From: Podarcis melisellensis
Lineage: Eukaryota
DNA: 64,000 nucleotides
Assembly (NCBI GenBank): GCA_964234715.1
Contig: OZ174285.1
Strand: one strand, 5' to 3'
A model generated the notes under the pieces. It was not told the origin of the DNA, ran no database searches, and saw nothing but the letters and a program-made list of their open reading frames with translations. A program made the position numbers and the translations under genes. Position 1 is the first letter of the stretch. Each line of letters opens with the position of its first letter. Of this stretch, positions 27,503 through 40,210 are shown piece by piece.

Positions 27503-29534
27503 CTTGACATTTAAAAATCAAAGTGAATTAAGAGCCTACTGGAGAAGTTGTAGTTTCAAGTTTACACCAATATGTCTCTCCTCCTTCCCCCACAACAGTG
27601 TTCAAATGTACTCAATATTTGATCAGAGAAAGCCCCAGAAAACCATTTAACAAAAAAGTACCCATGTTCACAGGGAAGACACAATACTTACATACAAAGA
27701 ACAATTTTACCAAGTAAAAGCTACATTTTTCTCATTGTGGGAAACTAAACCTTTTTCTATCAAGGTTCGATGCAGGCCTTAAAATGTAAAAGAAACCTTA
27801 TTAGCATCACTGCATACTTAAAATATAACCACATTCAGGTTGCATCTACAGAAGGCCAGATAAAATCAATGTGAAACTGCAGCAAACTCTCAGAACAGTC
27901 TTGAATGGGGTCAACTGGCTTTGCTTTGTATTGAGAAACTTCCTGAGTTTGTTTACTCCAGTATCTCACTCTAGATAACTTGGGCTTTCCATCTCCACCA
28001 GAGACTATGTAAATCCAGGAATTCCCTTAATGTTCGGCAAACTGTGTTGGTAAATAATAGGCACTTCCCTTCAATAGAAGTGTTGTTTGTACCAGCAGCT
28101 AGGATATCAACTTACAAATGAAAATGTAAACTCCCTTAAGATTAACTGGATCAAAGAGATGCAAAATAACATTGCAAAATAATGTATGCAACTTTCTACA
28201 ACGTAATGTATAAAAGACTGAGGGCTGGCAATACCAGACTTAACAGCACTTGAAACCACAGCTCAAAAATGTTGCCCTTTGTGTCCCATCTTCTGTGAGA
28301 AAGGCCAAACCAAGATCCCAATTCATTTGTGCTCAAAAGCTCCCCAAACTATTTTGACCCCGCCTTGATCTATGCTGGCAATCCTGAACACCTCAAGTCC
28401 ACAAAAAATGGGCCACTAACCAAAGAATATTAGTTACAGGTACATAGGGAATTGCTTAAAAAATATTTAGATGAAAAGCCAAATTCACCTAATTGCAAAA
28501 TTCTGCGGCCTGGGGCAGAATGAGGGGCTTTGAATGCATAGTCTGATGCACTTGCATTCTACTAGTTCAACAAAAACACCTTTGTGAAATTCTCCAAGTA
28601 CAGCCAAGTAGCTGAGAGAAGAATCAGGCCATGGGCGGGATGGAATCCTGCTCAGAGATGACATTTCAAGACCAAGCTAGATGTTGATCATTTAAACATT
28701 AAGGTTAACAGTTTGGTGTTCATAACATTTATCTGCAAGCTAGAGGGATCCATTCTTTCCAAGATTTAGTGGTATATACCAGTTATGCTTCTCCATTTCC
28801 CCTCATCGGCAAGTGGGTAAAGCACCACAAATTAGTAAATATGCGGAAGGTAAAGTTCCTTAAAATGTGAAGTAACTATACGTCAACATTTTGAGAAACT
28901 GCAACTGGACTAGTACTTACCCCTCAAGTACAAAAAAAATTCCCTGAGAGATTCATTCTTCCCCCACTTTACTGACTACGCTTGCTAAAAAAAGCATTCA
29001 GCTACAAGAGAGCTATGCAATCATCTACATGCCTAACTAGGTCCTAAATACCAGTATAAGCGGAACTTGAAAAAGAAATGTGCCCGGAATTGTGGGTATA
29101 CTTGAAATGAAAGGTCTTAAAGGGTCATTGCCTTAAAATAGGTTGATGTATTTAAAAAATACAAACAGAATAAAAAATAAAAAAGTTCTGATCAAGATAT
29201 CCATTTTGATCCAAATATTCCATAACTTTAAAATGAAATAAAAAATCATGAGTAGCACAAGTATGCCCTCAAAAGACTGACTCAATTAAAGAGAAGTGCA
29301 TTTTAATTATCTTTTTAAGAACAAGGAAAGTAGATTTGTAAAATCAGCTCCCCTGAGGATCTATTTATCTTATACCGTTATGGCTTTTTAAGGCATATAT
29401 TCAAGTCTTAGCCATTTATACACGTCTCTGTATAAGTAGAAAGCATAAACTCTAAAATTAGTTTCTGGGTGGCTTATGCCACTGTTTTATTCTTGCTCAA
29501 TATTTTGTGGAGGGAGAGAGAGAGAATAAATCAC

Positions 29535-29606
29535 CTTTTTGTCAACTTCACTGTCCGAATCACTGGCAGATGAGCTTGAAGACACAAGTTCTTTTGATTT
29601 CGGCAT
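29535..29606 (-). CDS. SUB1: SUB1 first coding exon (MPKSKELVSSSSSASDSDSEVDKK)
   Basis: ATG at 29606-29604, one base after the acceptor ttcctag|A; donor AAG|gtgatt; the four exons total 381 nt = 126 aa + stop. Confidence 0.97.
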
Positions 29607-30469
29607 TCTAGGAAGGAAAGAAATTTTGTTGTTTTTTAAAAAAGCTTCATACACTAAGTGATTGTTAGAATTTCACACCCCCTCCCATCAAGCAATCTCC
29701 TCCATCATTGTCATTTCACACACAACTGCTCTGAAGTTCCACTGAAATTAAATGGGCTTCAAAGTAATATTTAAGAATTGGGATACGAGCCATACAATGG
29801 CATTGGGCTTACCATTGGGGAAAAGTGGAGGGATACATAATAAATGACTATGGAGAGAAGCACAAAATGCTTGGTTGTTAGGTAGCTTTGATTTTAAATA
29901 GGGTTAACTGATGTCCTCTCTGCTTATGAGACAGTGAATGAGACCCATATAGGATGCTACTTTATCTTAAATCAATACTATTAACACATTGCAATCCTAT
30001 CCAACTGTTGTTTGAAGCACATATACTGTTATGGTCTGATAGAGCTGAACTTATTCTTCTGTTAGAGCAAAGGCAGAGAGATGGATAGGACTTGCATGGA
30101 GAAACAGTAGGGATCAGGTTACGTTAGACCTTCTGAAACAACGTAGCAAGTAAGAGGCACCAGTAGGTAAAAATGTATTTGTTTTAGAAGAGAGCAAACG
30201 CCTGTACTATACGTATTTTCAAGGATTGTGAGGAAGCTGATCCGCCTCACAGGTGGTAAGGTTTAATAGTAAATAATGCACTCAGGCAAAGCTGGGGTGT
30301 TATGTACAAATCCTAAGAAGATGTGGCAGAGTACAGAATATATCACACCTTTGAATAAATGCTTTTGCTTATGAGTGAAGCTAAAAAAATGTTCTACAAA
30401 ATCTAAGTGATAATTTGCAAGTGGCTTGACAGAACCGATGGATATGTTCTGTGAAATACCAATTTGTTA

Positions 30470-30680
30470 TTCCAGTTTCAGAATGAAACAAGATGGCTGT
30501 GTTCTAACTCTACTGCTGGAGGCAAGATGCCTCTGAATATAAACTGCAAGGAAATTCATCACAAGTGCATCAGGTGCTGCTTGCGGTTTTCCCACAGGCA
30601 TCTGGTTGTCCCCTGGGATAACAGGATACTGGGCAGGATGAGCCTTTGGTCTGATCCAGCAGACATCATCTTATGTTGCC
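30470..30680 (+). mobile_element. CR1-family 3' fragment in SUB1 intron 1
   Basis: GGTCTGATCCAGCAG...TCTTATGTT terminus. Confidence 0.5.
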
Positions 30681-32379
30681 CTACATATATCAGTTATCAG
30701 GAATTCTTCCCACTTAATCCTTTAAAGAACCTCTAGCTCTCTAGCGCTCTCTCTCTCTAGGCAAGGTGTGGCTTCCGATTCCAGCTCCAAAAGATAACAC
30801 ATGGGAGAAAAAACCACAACAGTTAAATATGCAGCTTCATCAGAGATCATACTGCTTTCCTCCAGGTAAGTATATTTGCTTGACCACACCACATCAATGA
30901 CATGTTTTAACTTCTCAGAAAAATTAAACAAGCAGGCTTCAGGTGTTTCACTAAGGCAATTAAGGGGAAAGGCATTTATTTATTTAATATGTTTATTATA
31001 TCCAACCTTTGTTCCATCACAAACTTATTGTGGTATAAATTTGAGTGAAATATAAGAAACATGGGAAATGGCAGATGGAAGTAATAATAATAATTTATTA
31101 TTACGGTCAGAGACCAGCTTGTAAGGAATAAAAAGTAGTAAATACCCAGAGCCCAGCCATTTTCAATGCAAATGGGAAAACCATATCAAGGCAATTAAAA
31201 TTGATTAAAAAATAGGAAGAGACAAACACTAGAAATACAGATATGGAGGGCAGTATAAAGAAGACAGGTAGGTCCCTGGATATTACAAGGGAGGAGTCCT
31301 GGGGGCGGGAAGATTAACAGGATAGGCATACTGAGAGAAGAGGGTCAAGACTGAAAAATGCAACTGGTATTCTTGGGAGGGGGAGATGCAGAGCATAGGG
31401 TTATGCTTAACAGACAGAAACCTACCCACCAATGTCTGGGATAGCACAGCCCTATCATTCATAAATACCTCTCATTTAGGAAGAAATCTGCCCACCTATG
31501 TTGCACCACTACAGGCTTTCACACTAAATAAAAATCCCTGTATTTGTTGGCCTCCTCAATTTATTTGCAGGAACATCTGAGACCCACCCACATGACGACA
31601 GAATGTCTGTAAGTAACACGCCTGTGTTACATCCCGTCTTTCTGGATTCAGAGGCATGTGCTACAGCCATACTGTATCTGAGTTTCTCTCACTGTGTGGA
31701 CTGTGAAGGTACAGTGAGAACTTTACGTGCTGTTACCACTTAATTCACCAAGATTTTCAAAAGAGCAAAAGGGAAGAGAATTTGGGAGGAGAGAGGTGAT
31801 GGCAAGATGAGCATACAGACCTGTGTGCATGTAAGTCTATAGACTAAAGAGGAGAGGGAGCTAACAGATGATGTAGTGCAGCTCCATGTGTAAATGTAGA
31901 AGGAAAATGAACTTGGAATAGGCTAAAATGTGACTAAGCCCATGGTTAAAGCAATACATTAATACTGTATGTAGTGTGCCATCCCACACCCTATGTTCTG
32001 GTACTGCTCCAAATCGGGGGCAACAGACCAGGGGGCAGGCTTGGCTCTGCCATTTACTTGCCGAGCTTCTTGCTGCCACCCAATGGTGCCTCAAGTCCTG
32101 TGACACATGGGGCACCCAAGGGATAAAATGGCCACACAAGAGGCGGAGGATTGAACAGGAAGGTGAGGCTACAACACAGGAAAAAGCAGGTGCGGGTCAC
32201 TTAAAATGCAGAGAGTGCGTCACTGTTGGGGCCAAGGTATCCTAGAAGGTGCCATGGTTTTGTTGGGGGGGGGGGAACCCTTCATTTGAGTAGAAGGAGA
32301 GAGAAAGTGCAGCCCAAGGCCCCAGTAACACCCATGGGGAGGAAATGCGGGAGGGGAGCAGGTTGCCAGAAAATCAGAA

Positions 32380-33300
32380 AACCGTTGGGTCGCAAGGGGC
32401 CCCGAGGGTCATCTAGTCCAACCCCCTACAATGCAGGAACCGTTTTGCCCAACGTGGCCGTATCGTGCTCTGCCGACCGAGGACCCGTAACCAGCCAAGA
32501 TGAAGATGGGGGGAGAGAGACCAGACCACAGTATGGAGGACCAGAGACGGCTCCTTTAAGACAGCCGTGTAGATGAAGCCGGGGGGGAGGGGAACCTGGG
32601 CCAAGGCGGTGAGGTGGGAATCCCCCCAGGCCAAGTAGAGCTGGGGGGCGGTTCCCAGCCGCCATTTTCTCCCTCCCTCGGATGCTTTCTCTGCCCCCTC
32701 CCTTCCCCAACATGGCAGCCTCTGGGCTGCTGCGCCGCCTCCGCCCTCAGGTTTCCTCCACCCCCTTTAGAATTAGGGAATGGGGAGTCCGAACACGACC
32801 CGCACCGATAGGGAGCAGTTATTTGTCCCATGGCTCCCTCGTTTCTCAGGGGCGAGCGTCGCCGCCGCCTCTCATTTCAGGGACTCGGGTCCCGAGGAGC
32901 CCAACATGGCGGCTCAAACCGCCGCGCCGCGCGCGCAGGCGACGAGGGCCGAGAGTTCCATTCGAACGTGACCCCCCGCCCCCCGCAGAAAGAGCCACGG
33001 GAAGAGGGATGGGGCGCGCGCGCGAGGAGTAACGGAAAAAGCGGCACTCACGTTCCACTCAGAGCCCGCTGCTCTCACTGCCTTCCTCTCGGCTTGCCTT
33101 TTTTATCCCCGCCCCACGCCGCTGCAAAAGCGGAAGTGACGTGAGCTCCGGCGGCCCGCCCACTCCACAAGACCGCGGGAGGGCGCACGCACACCGTGCG
33201 TGAAGTTAGCGCGCTGCGCGCGGCGAGGCGCTCGGAGAGCGGGGAGCGTTTTAAGCGTGTGGGGTGACTCGTGGGACGTAGAGATGCGTGCAGCAACAAC
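32380..33300 (-). promoter_or_regulatory. SUB1 CpG island promoter with ETS-CRE composite, GC boxes and YY1 motifs
   Basis: High CpG/GC density; GCGGAAGTGACGTGA 33130-33144; CCCCGCCCC 33107-33115; YY1-like sites 32658-32668, 32709-32719, 32903-32913. Confidence 0.85.
33052..33080 (-). other. SUB1: SUB1 non-coding exon 1 (5' end approximate)
   Basis: Consensus donor AAC|gtgagt at 33052/33051 within a CpG island; TATA-like GATAAAAA (33099-33107) about 27 nt upstream of an Inr-like CAGT near 33079. Confidence 0.7.
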
Positions 33301-33937
33301 CATCTTAAATAAAAAAAAAATAAAAATCGAAGATTTCATTTATCAAATTCATTTTTCAAACCCTCAAAAATAACACGATAAAACTGAGAAAAAATCACAG
33401 CACTGATTTACAACATACAACGGTTAAAACATTGAAACTGGTTTAGGTCGTCTCAACTTTATAAGCTTCTGGGTAGGCTTGTCTAAAATGTTTCCAGCAG
33501 GCGTGGAAAGGAGTATAGCGCCGCCTTGATTTTAATACAATAGACAGGGAATTCCAAAGTGCAAGTGCTGCCACATTGAAAGTTATTACAAATGTGGAGT
33601 GGGCACTTGTATGTTCAAAGCATGTGACTGTGGAAGTTTATCATCATACCATCATTCTATAATGTAAGAACAGCTAAAAACATGGGAATGCAACCATTAA
33701 AAAACTAATTACCAGGTAAACATTGTTATAATTAAAACTGTTATATTTTAACAATCTATTAATAGTTCCTACTATAAAAAGTTGTTCGTCTTTTGAGGTG
33801 CTGCAAGACTCCCTTGTTTTTGCTGCAATAGACAAGCAGAGCTGCCACTCTGGAATGGAATATGAATGCCCCTTCCCTGCTCCAGCCTCAGGTTGAGAGA
33901 ACATGAATAAATAGAGGAGCCTTCAGTCTGTATTAGT

Positions 33938-34054
33938 CAGTGCTTTATTTTCTTGAAAAATAGATGCCAGTATTCTGTAAGTGCCACATTTTTTAACAAC
34001 AAGAAAACGAGGTGCTGTACTGCATACCTTTGAGTACCCCCTGAAAAAGCCCTG
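33938..34054. mobile_element. hAT-type MITE
   Basis: Perfect TSD GTATTAGT; ends CAGTGCTTT...AAAGCCCTG; paralog at 19663-19814. Confidence 0.8.
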
Positions 34055-34297
34055 GTATTAGTGTTTCATTTTCTGCAACTTTTAAAATTAAGGTCTGTAG
34101 GAGTACCTGTGGAACAGCACACCTGAGGTGTTGACTCCTAGAGAATTGCAAAGCCAACAAAATACGGCTTGTAAAAATGTTCAGAAGTTGGGAAAGGAAT
34201 TTGGTCATTCATTGCCAGCAATGCCATAGAGAATATCCCCTAAGTGCCAGTATTGTCAGTTTCCACCCTTGATGTGTGCTTGGATTTCCCATCTTAG

Positions 34298-34465
34298 CAG
34301 TGGCGTAGCGTGGGTTGTCAGCACCCGGGGCAAGGCAAGTAATTTGCACCCCCTAACCTGTGGATTTGTGCCCCCTAACCCGTGGATTTGCGCCCCCTAA
34401 CCCTAACCCCCAGATGTTGCGCCCGGTGCGGCCGGCCCCCCCTGCACCCCCATGCTACGCCACTG
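34298..34465. mobile_element. hAT MITE with internal CCCTAA-containing 22-bp repeats
   Basis: TIR CAGTGGCGTAGC; perfect 8-bp TSD CATCTTAG. Confidence 0.9.
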
Positions 34466-36049
34466 CATCTTAGAAGCACAGCCAAAGAGCTGTCCAGCAG
34501 CATTTTGACAAGATGCAGTTGCTAGGAAATCATCTTCACAGAGTGACATGGAATTGAGTTAAATTAGGTGTTGCAATATTAAGTGCCAAATTGAGCAGTT
34601 TTATAGCTGTTTTTGCTGTTCCACCACCTGCTTCCTTTTATTGCACCCTATCCAGAGCACACACTACAGTAGTTTGTTCCCTTCTCTCGAGTAGGTTCAG
34701 GGTTGGAGGCTTTGTGATATCAGACATGCACAGATCATCCTGATCTAGACTTCTACTCTAAATCACCACTGTCTTTACACTGTGGGTTAAGTGTGGAATT
34801 TCTGGAGCTTATATGAACCAGTTAAAACATGGAACTGTCTGAATCTGTAGTCATACCATATTAAGCATCTTCCAGGGTGTAGTCTCAGGATATTTGGCAA
34901 GCTCCACTAACTCCCCTTGCTCCCTGTACTGGGCTTGGTAATAGGGTTCCCCTGCCCTACAGTTCTGGCTCCAGGGTGGTGCTGACTAGAAGATGGCAGA
35001 TTATTGTTGTACACCACAAATGACTCAGCAGTGGGGGCGTAAGTAGAAACCGCATTATGATTTGAAAGCTGGAAAAAGAACAGAACTGTTAGCTTTGAAG
35101 AAAGGTCCTTGAATCCCACACAGCAGCTTGGTAACAATGGCACAATTATTATCCCTGGAGAGGCTGCAAAGGAATACTGATGTGCAACTGAAGTGGGGAG
35201 TTGGATATTGCTTTGCAGTAACAGTGTAATAGCCATAATACTGTAATAAGAGATCTACCAATAACAATTAAATTTATCAATCATACGCAATGTATCTGAG
35301 AAAGACCATTTTAGTCCTACTGATCATATCTTTATTAAGAGTACTAAATTGCAAAAATGGGTCACAATTCAGCAGAAGTACGATATGCTTTCTTAACCCA
35401 CTGATATCAATGGCTTAAACAACGCTAATTCTGCACTGGATTGTGGGCTTCTCATCGTGAGCACTTTTGGGTCAAGTTTCTTTTGTGCAGAGGAGCCGCA
35501 AACAAGTCTGGAGTGTCTCCATGTGATTTTACTAACACAACACAGTGCACTTCGTAAAAGGCCGGGTAAGGAAAACGCACTGGAATGGAGAAGAAACCGC
35601 GCCCTGGCCAGAAAACTACGTTTCCCGGCAGCCTCCGCACGCCTCGTGCGCACGCGCCGAAAGTCTCCGCCCGCGTCCCGTTCCTGCCTCGCGGCGACCA
35701 AGAGGAACCCAAGAAGGACGGCGGGGGAGGGAGGAAGGAGAAGAACTACATTTCCCGCCGTCCCCTTTCCCTGTTTTACAACCTAGCAAGTGCCGCGCAT
35801 GCGCCACGGAGAGGCCTGGCTCCTCAGTTCGCCCGTTGAATCCTCGTAGGTCGGTCAGCGGGCGGCGTGTGGGAGGGGAGAGCCAGACGAGCCAGCGACC
35901 TGCGCGCCTGCCTGCCTGCCTGCGACGGTGGTGGCGTCGGAATCAGTGAACCCGGAGCAGCAGCAGTAGCGGCGTCGTCCTCGGAGCGGGGCGAGCGCCG
36001 GAGGTAGAGAGTGTGTTTCCACCGCCGCCATTTCTGTCAGCCCGGACTC

Positions 36050-36086
36050 ATGATTCCCATATGCCCGGTAGTCTCTTTCACCTATG
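36050..36086 (+). CDS. ZFR: ZFR exon 1 coding part (MIPICPVVSFTY-V)
   Basis: Matches the recognisable vertebrate ZFR N-terminus; donor G|gtgagt. Confidence 0.93.
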
Positions 36087-36175
36087 GTGAGTAACGGCCG
36101 CTTTGGCGAGCCGGTCGGAGGGCGGAAAGGAGGGGCGGCGAGGCGGCCTCTCGCCTCAGGTGTGCTGCTTTTTGA

Positions 36176-36313
<138 letters not shown>

Positions 36314-36684
36314 TAAAGGGGAGGCTGGCGGGCGGGCGGGGGAGGTGTTTCCCGGCCCCCCTTCTTCCCTGGCGCAGCTGAGACCTTGGAGAGGAGATGC
36401 GCGCAAACGCCGGCGCATGTGCATGCTCGTGCGGAGGTGTTGATGCGTGTTGTGTGCGGCGACGGGGGGCGGAGCCGGCGGCGTCAGGCCTGCTTCGGCT
36501 CGTGCATTGGAATAAGGGCTCCCCGTCCTGCCGTAGGGCTGGATCCGCCTCCTCCTCCTCCCCTCCAGCCTGGTGATTCTGCCGCCGCCTCTCCTCTCCG
36601 CCCTCCCAGCCCCGTCCTGCGCATGCTAATGAAGAAGACTGGTAGCGAGAGCTGTACGGCAATGGAACAGACTCTGCTGGAAGG

Positions 36685-36915
36685 ATTCATTCGCTTTCCT
36701 TGGAGGCTCTTAAGCAGAGGTTGGAGCATAGCTGTCAACCTTTTCCCTTTTCTTGCGAGGAATCCTATTCGGAATAAGGGAATTTCCCTTAAAGAAAGGG
36801 AAACGTTGGCAGCTATGGGTTGGAGGGCCATCTGTCGTGGATCATCTAATTGAGGTTCCTGCAGGGGGTCGGACTAGATGACCCTTGGTATCCCTTGCAG
36901 CTCTACAATTCTATA
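36685..36915 (+). mobile_element. CR1 3' fragment in ZFR intron 2
   Basis: AAGCAGAGGTTGG...GGACTAGATGACCC...CTCTACAATTCTAT. Confidence 0.6.
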
Positions 36916-38186
36916 TTTAGGTATCGCCAGATTGTTCAGGGAGACTTGCTTTCCAGCAAACAGGCACAGGGTTGCAGCTTTAAACACGTTCTATTTCTTT
37001 CGGTTCTGCATCCACACTCCTTCCCTTAGCCTCCCCAGCCAGGCCTTGGAAACCTGTATTTTCCAACTATATTTCTCCCACTACATACTGACTTTTGTGT
37101 TCTGTATGCATTCAGTATCCTCCCTTAAATGTTTGACTTCCAAAACCTATTGCAGAGTTCTGTGATATCTTAGACTATTTTTTAATATTCAGAATAAATA
37201 AGATAAAGTATAAAATACAGGCAGGCTGTAAGGACTGATGGCTTATAATCCAGGACTTTGGATCCTAAAATAAGTTAAGGAAGTTCATGGAAGAAGAGGT
37301 TCCTGTTCCCGCCTCTCCAAAGCCTCCAAAGGGTAGCTTCAAAAAAAACGAGGGCGTAGGAAACTTTCATTCCTGGAACTTCCTGAATGAATGTTAGAAT
37401 CCAACCCCAGCTGAATATTTGTGCCCTGCTGCAAAAAAAATGAACGTTTGTTATTATTTATTAAATTTCTATGCCACCCTCCATCCAAAGATCATAGGGT
37501 GGTTTATAATATAAGGTTTACAAAGACAAAGGCTATAGTCTGACCTACTCATTATTAAGAACTGACAGTGTTTCTTTTAGGCCCCCTCAGTGCAGACTTT
37601 GAGAATTCATGGCTTGTGTAATTCAGAGCAGCTTTCCCATAGTATATTATGTGCCTCATGTATTTTACATTTTTGTAAAATATGTATGTTGCTTTGTGAT
37701 GACTTGGCTCTAAAAACTATAAATACGTACACTATTTTGGGGAAACTCTTAAACTAAATGTTCAGTATGGTGTGGTTGTGCAATTTTTCATAATTTCGGG
37801 AACAGGTGTTACCAAATGAAACTTGAAATGGAATGATTTTGAAAGAGATGATAAATTTCATAACTTCTTAATTACATAACTTCAAAATAGCATGCACATA
37901 CAGTGCCTCACTTAGCTGAAATTATCCCCAGTGAAAGGAACGTTTATTGCATCTGAAAGACAGTCTGTCTCCTCTTTAAGAATTGGGCCATTTTGTTAAA
38001 TCGTTTTGTTTACTGTGGAAATACCTCCAGTTTGTCAGATTTTGGCATAGTGAAGTTAACTGTAATGACAGCACTACTTTATATATAAGTTTACTTCACC
38101 AACTTTGTGGTCTCTTGTATAATTAGTATGTCTTAGAGGTAAACCTTGAACTTGAAAACTTGTCAATTGATGGCAATTGTTTAATC

Positions 38187-38322
38187 CAGGCATCTCCAAC
38201 TTGCGGCCCTCCAGATGTTTTGGCCTACAGCTCCCATGATCCCAAGCTAACAGGACCAGTGGTCAGGGATGATGGGAATTGTAGTAGAAAACATCTGGAG
38301 GGTGAAAGGTTGGGGATGCCTG
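38187..38322. mobile_element. Foldback MITE in ZFR intron 2
   Basis: Palindromic; TSD GTTTAATC/GTCTAATC. Confidence 0.8.
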
Positions 38323-38901
38323 GTCTAATCATTCTCTTGCTTCAAATATCCACATAGAATGCTTTTATTGTTTCAGGCTTATTTACAGCTGCTAGGTCAT
38401 ATGTGAAATGAAATTGCTACACCTCTTAGGTTTTAACAATTGGAACAGTATTTTATTAACTTAAATCAGTTGCTTATTTCATGGTAAACACTTGCATATT
38501 TCTTGGCACTCCGTCTTAAAAGTTTATATTCCTGAAATAAGCAGAGGCTGAGATCCAAAGAACTGCATGTGCAAAGCTATTCAAATCTGGGGAGAGGGCT
38601 AAAGATGCTTCCTCCTTGTGAAGTGGTTTACTGAAATTAGAATGGCTTTTGGAAATGGGGAAATGTGCATCTGCATGTATTCTGCATGGTGCTTGAGATC
38701 TTGTCCATATTGTTGGAAATAACGTTTTTGAAAGGTATGTAGCCAACCTTCAGTTTATTTCTCTGGATTCGGAGTTTTGCATAGTACAGCAGAAAAATAC
38801 TTTACAGACTTCTCCATTATTTGGTCTTGAGTCTTAATAATAATGCATGGGTAGTCTGTTCCCTGTGTAAGATTTCTAACGTGATGGAGTTCTCTCTAGC
38901 C

Positions 38902-39233
38902 CAGGGGTCTGCAACCTTTAAGACAAAAAGAGCCACTTGGACCCGTTTCCGAAGAAGAAAGAAACTGGGAGCCGCAAAACCATTGCGACATTTAAAACAA
39001 ATATATCTCCGGAGCCGCGATCTGACAGCGGGCGGGAAGGTGACGTCGGGACGGTGCATGACTAACGCACACACTGCCCCCATGCGACGTCACAGCCAGT
39101 ATAGCGCCCGCCACAGTGGGGAGTGTCGGGGCGCACAATGCACCTCCTCCCCTCGCTAATATCCGCCCCGGAGCCGCGGCAAAGGTGTAAAAGAGCCACA
39201 TGCGGCTCCGGAGCCGCGGGTTGCAGACCCCTG
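38902..39233. mobile_element. hAT MITE, young
   Basis: Perfect 15-bp TIR CAGGGGTCTGCAACC and perfect 8-bp TSD CTCTAGCC; CpG-rich. Confidence 0.9.
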
Positions 39234-39426
39234 CTCTAGCCACAGCGTAACAGTTGTACTTGCAGACTTGACAAAACTTCCTTTCCAGTGGTCCATTTGA
39301 AGAAGTACAACTCTGAATTGTCGAAAGCCCAAATAGATTTTCCAGTTCTGTAATTACTGGAAATAATATTGTTGCCACTTCTCAGAAATTCCCTGCTCAT
39401 TTCTTGCATTCTGTTGACTCTATAGC

Positions 39427-39625
39427 AGGGGTCGGCAACCTAAGGCCCATGGGCCACAAGCGGCCCACGGGGGTCATTTAACCGGCCCCTGAGCTGAGCC
39501 GCCCACTTGGTGAGTCCCTGCGCGCTGCGCTAAACCATCACAGCACGGGGACTTGCTTCCGCGGTGCCAGAAATCGCATCTGCGCAGACGCCAGAAATCA
39601 CGTCAACGCAGATGCCCTATAGCCT
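39427..39625. mobile_element. hAT MITE fragment, related to 52746-53000
   Basis: Starts CAGGGGTCGGCAACCTAAGGCCCATGGGCC; internal homology to the 52746 copy. Confidence 0.65.
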
Positions 39626-39849
39626 ATGGATAAAAGTTAGTGCCTCATACAAAACTTATTTAGGTGGCATATATAACAAAAAGCCATCCTCACCTTTAAC
39701 AATAAAACAACAATATGGAATGTACTTTATATTTATTTATATATTGTCCACTCAAATAAAATAGCAAGTCAGTGTGCAATATACCAGTATACATGAATAC
39801 AATAAAACATAATATACTGTAAAAACAATACAAAATTATCTCAATAATG

Positions 39850-40210
39850 ATTAATACAAGAACCCTGAACCTGGCCCTATGGCATACAAGCAGCTGGTGT
39901 AGAACTTTATATAGCAAGGCTGTCGCATGCTGTTGGCTGTCCTCCTCCATCAGCATTCTTGCCATTCCATTCTGCTCCAGGTTAAGTTTCTGGACCATGG
40001 CCATGGGAAGCCCCATGTAGAGCATATTATAGTAATCCAGTCTCAAGGTTAGCAGGGCATGTACTACAGTGGCCAGGTTATCTTGACCCCAAGATGACTG
40101 TAATGGTATGCCAAATAAAACTGGTGAAAGGCATTCACAGCCTGATCAAGTTAGGAGACGTATTTCATTAGGGTATTGAGGTTCTGAGCTGTATAGGGCT
40201 TTGTAGATTA
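39850..40210 (-). mobile_element. L2/CR1-clade LINE ORF2 relic
   Basis: ORF 39696..40046 RLDYYNMLYMGLP...KLNLEQNGMAR...RARFRVLVL resembles the L2 motif RLDYCN..Y.GLP..KLQLVQNAAAR. Confidence 0.75.

Noticed and set aside
32226-33339. Many overlapping ORFs in the SUB1 CpG island
   Set aside because: Expected from stop-codon scarcity in GC-rich DNA; no recognisable protein
34342-34410. Short regularly spaced repeats (CRISPR-like or interstitial telomere)
   Set aside because: Tandem units without spacers, inside a MITE in eukaryotic DNA; too short for a true telomeric array
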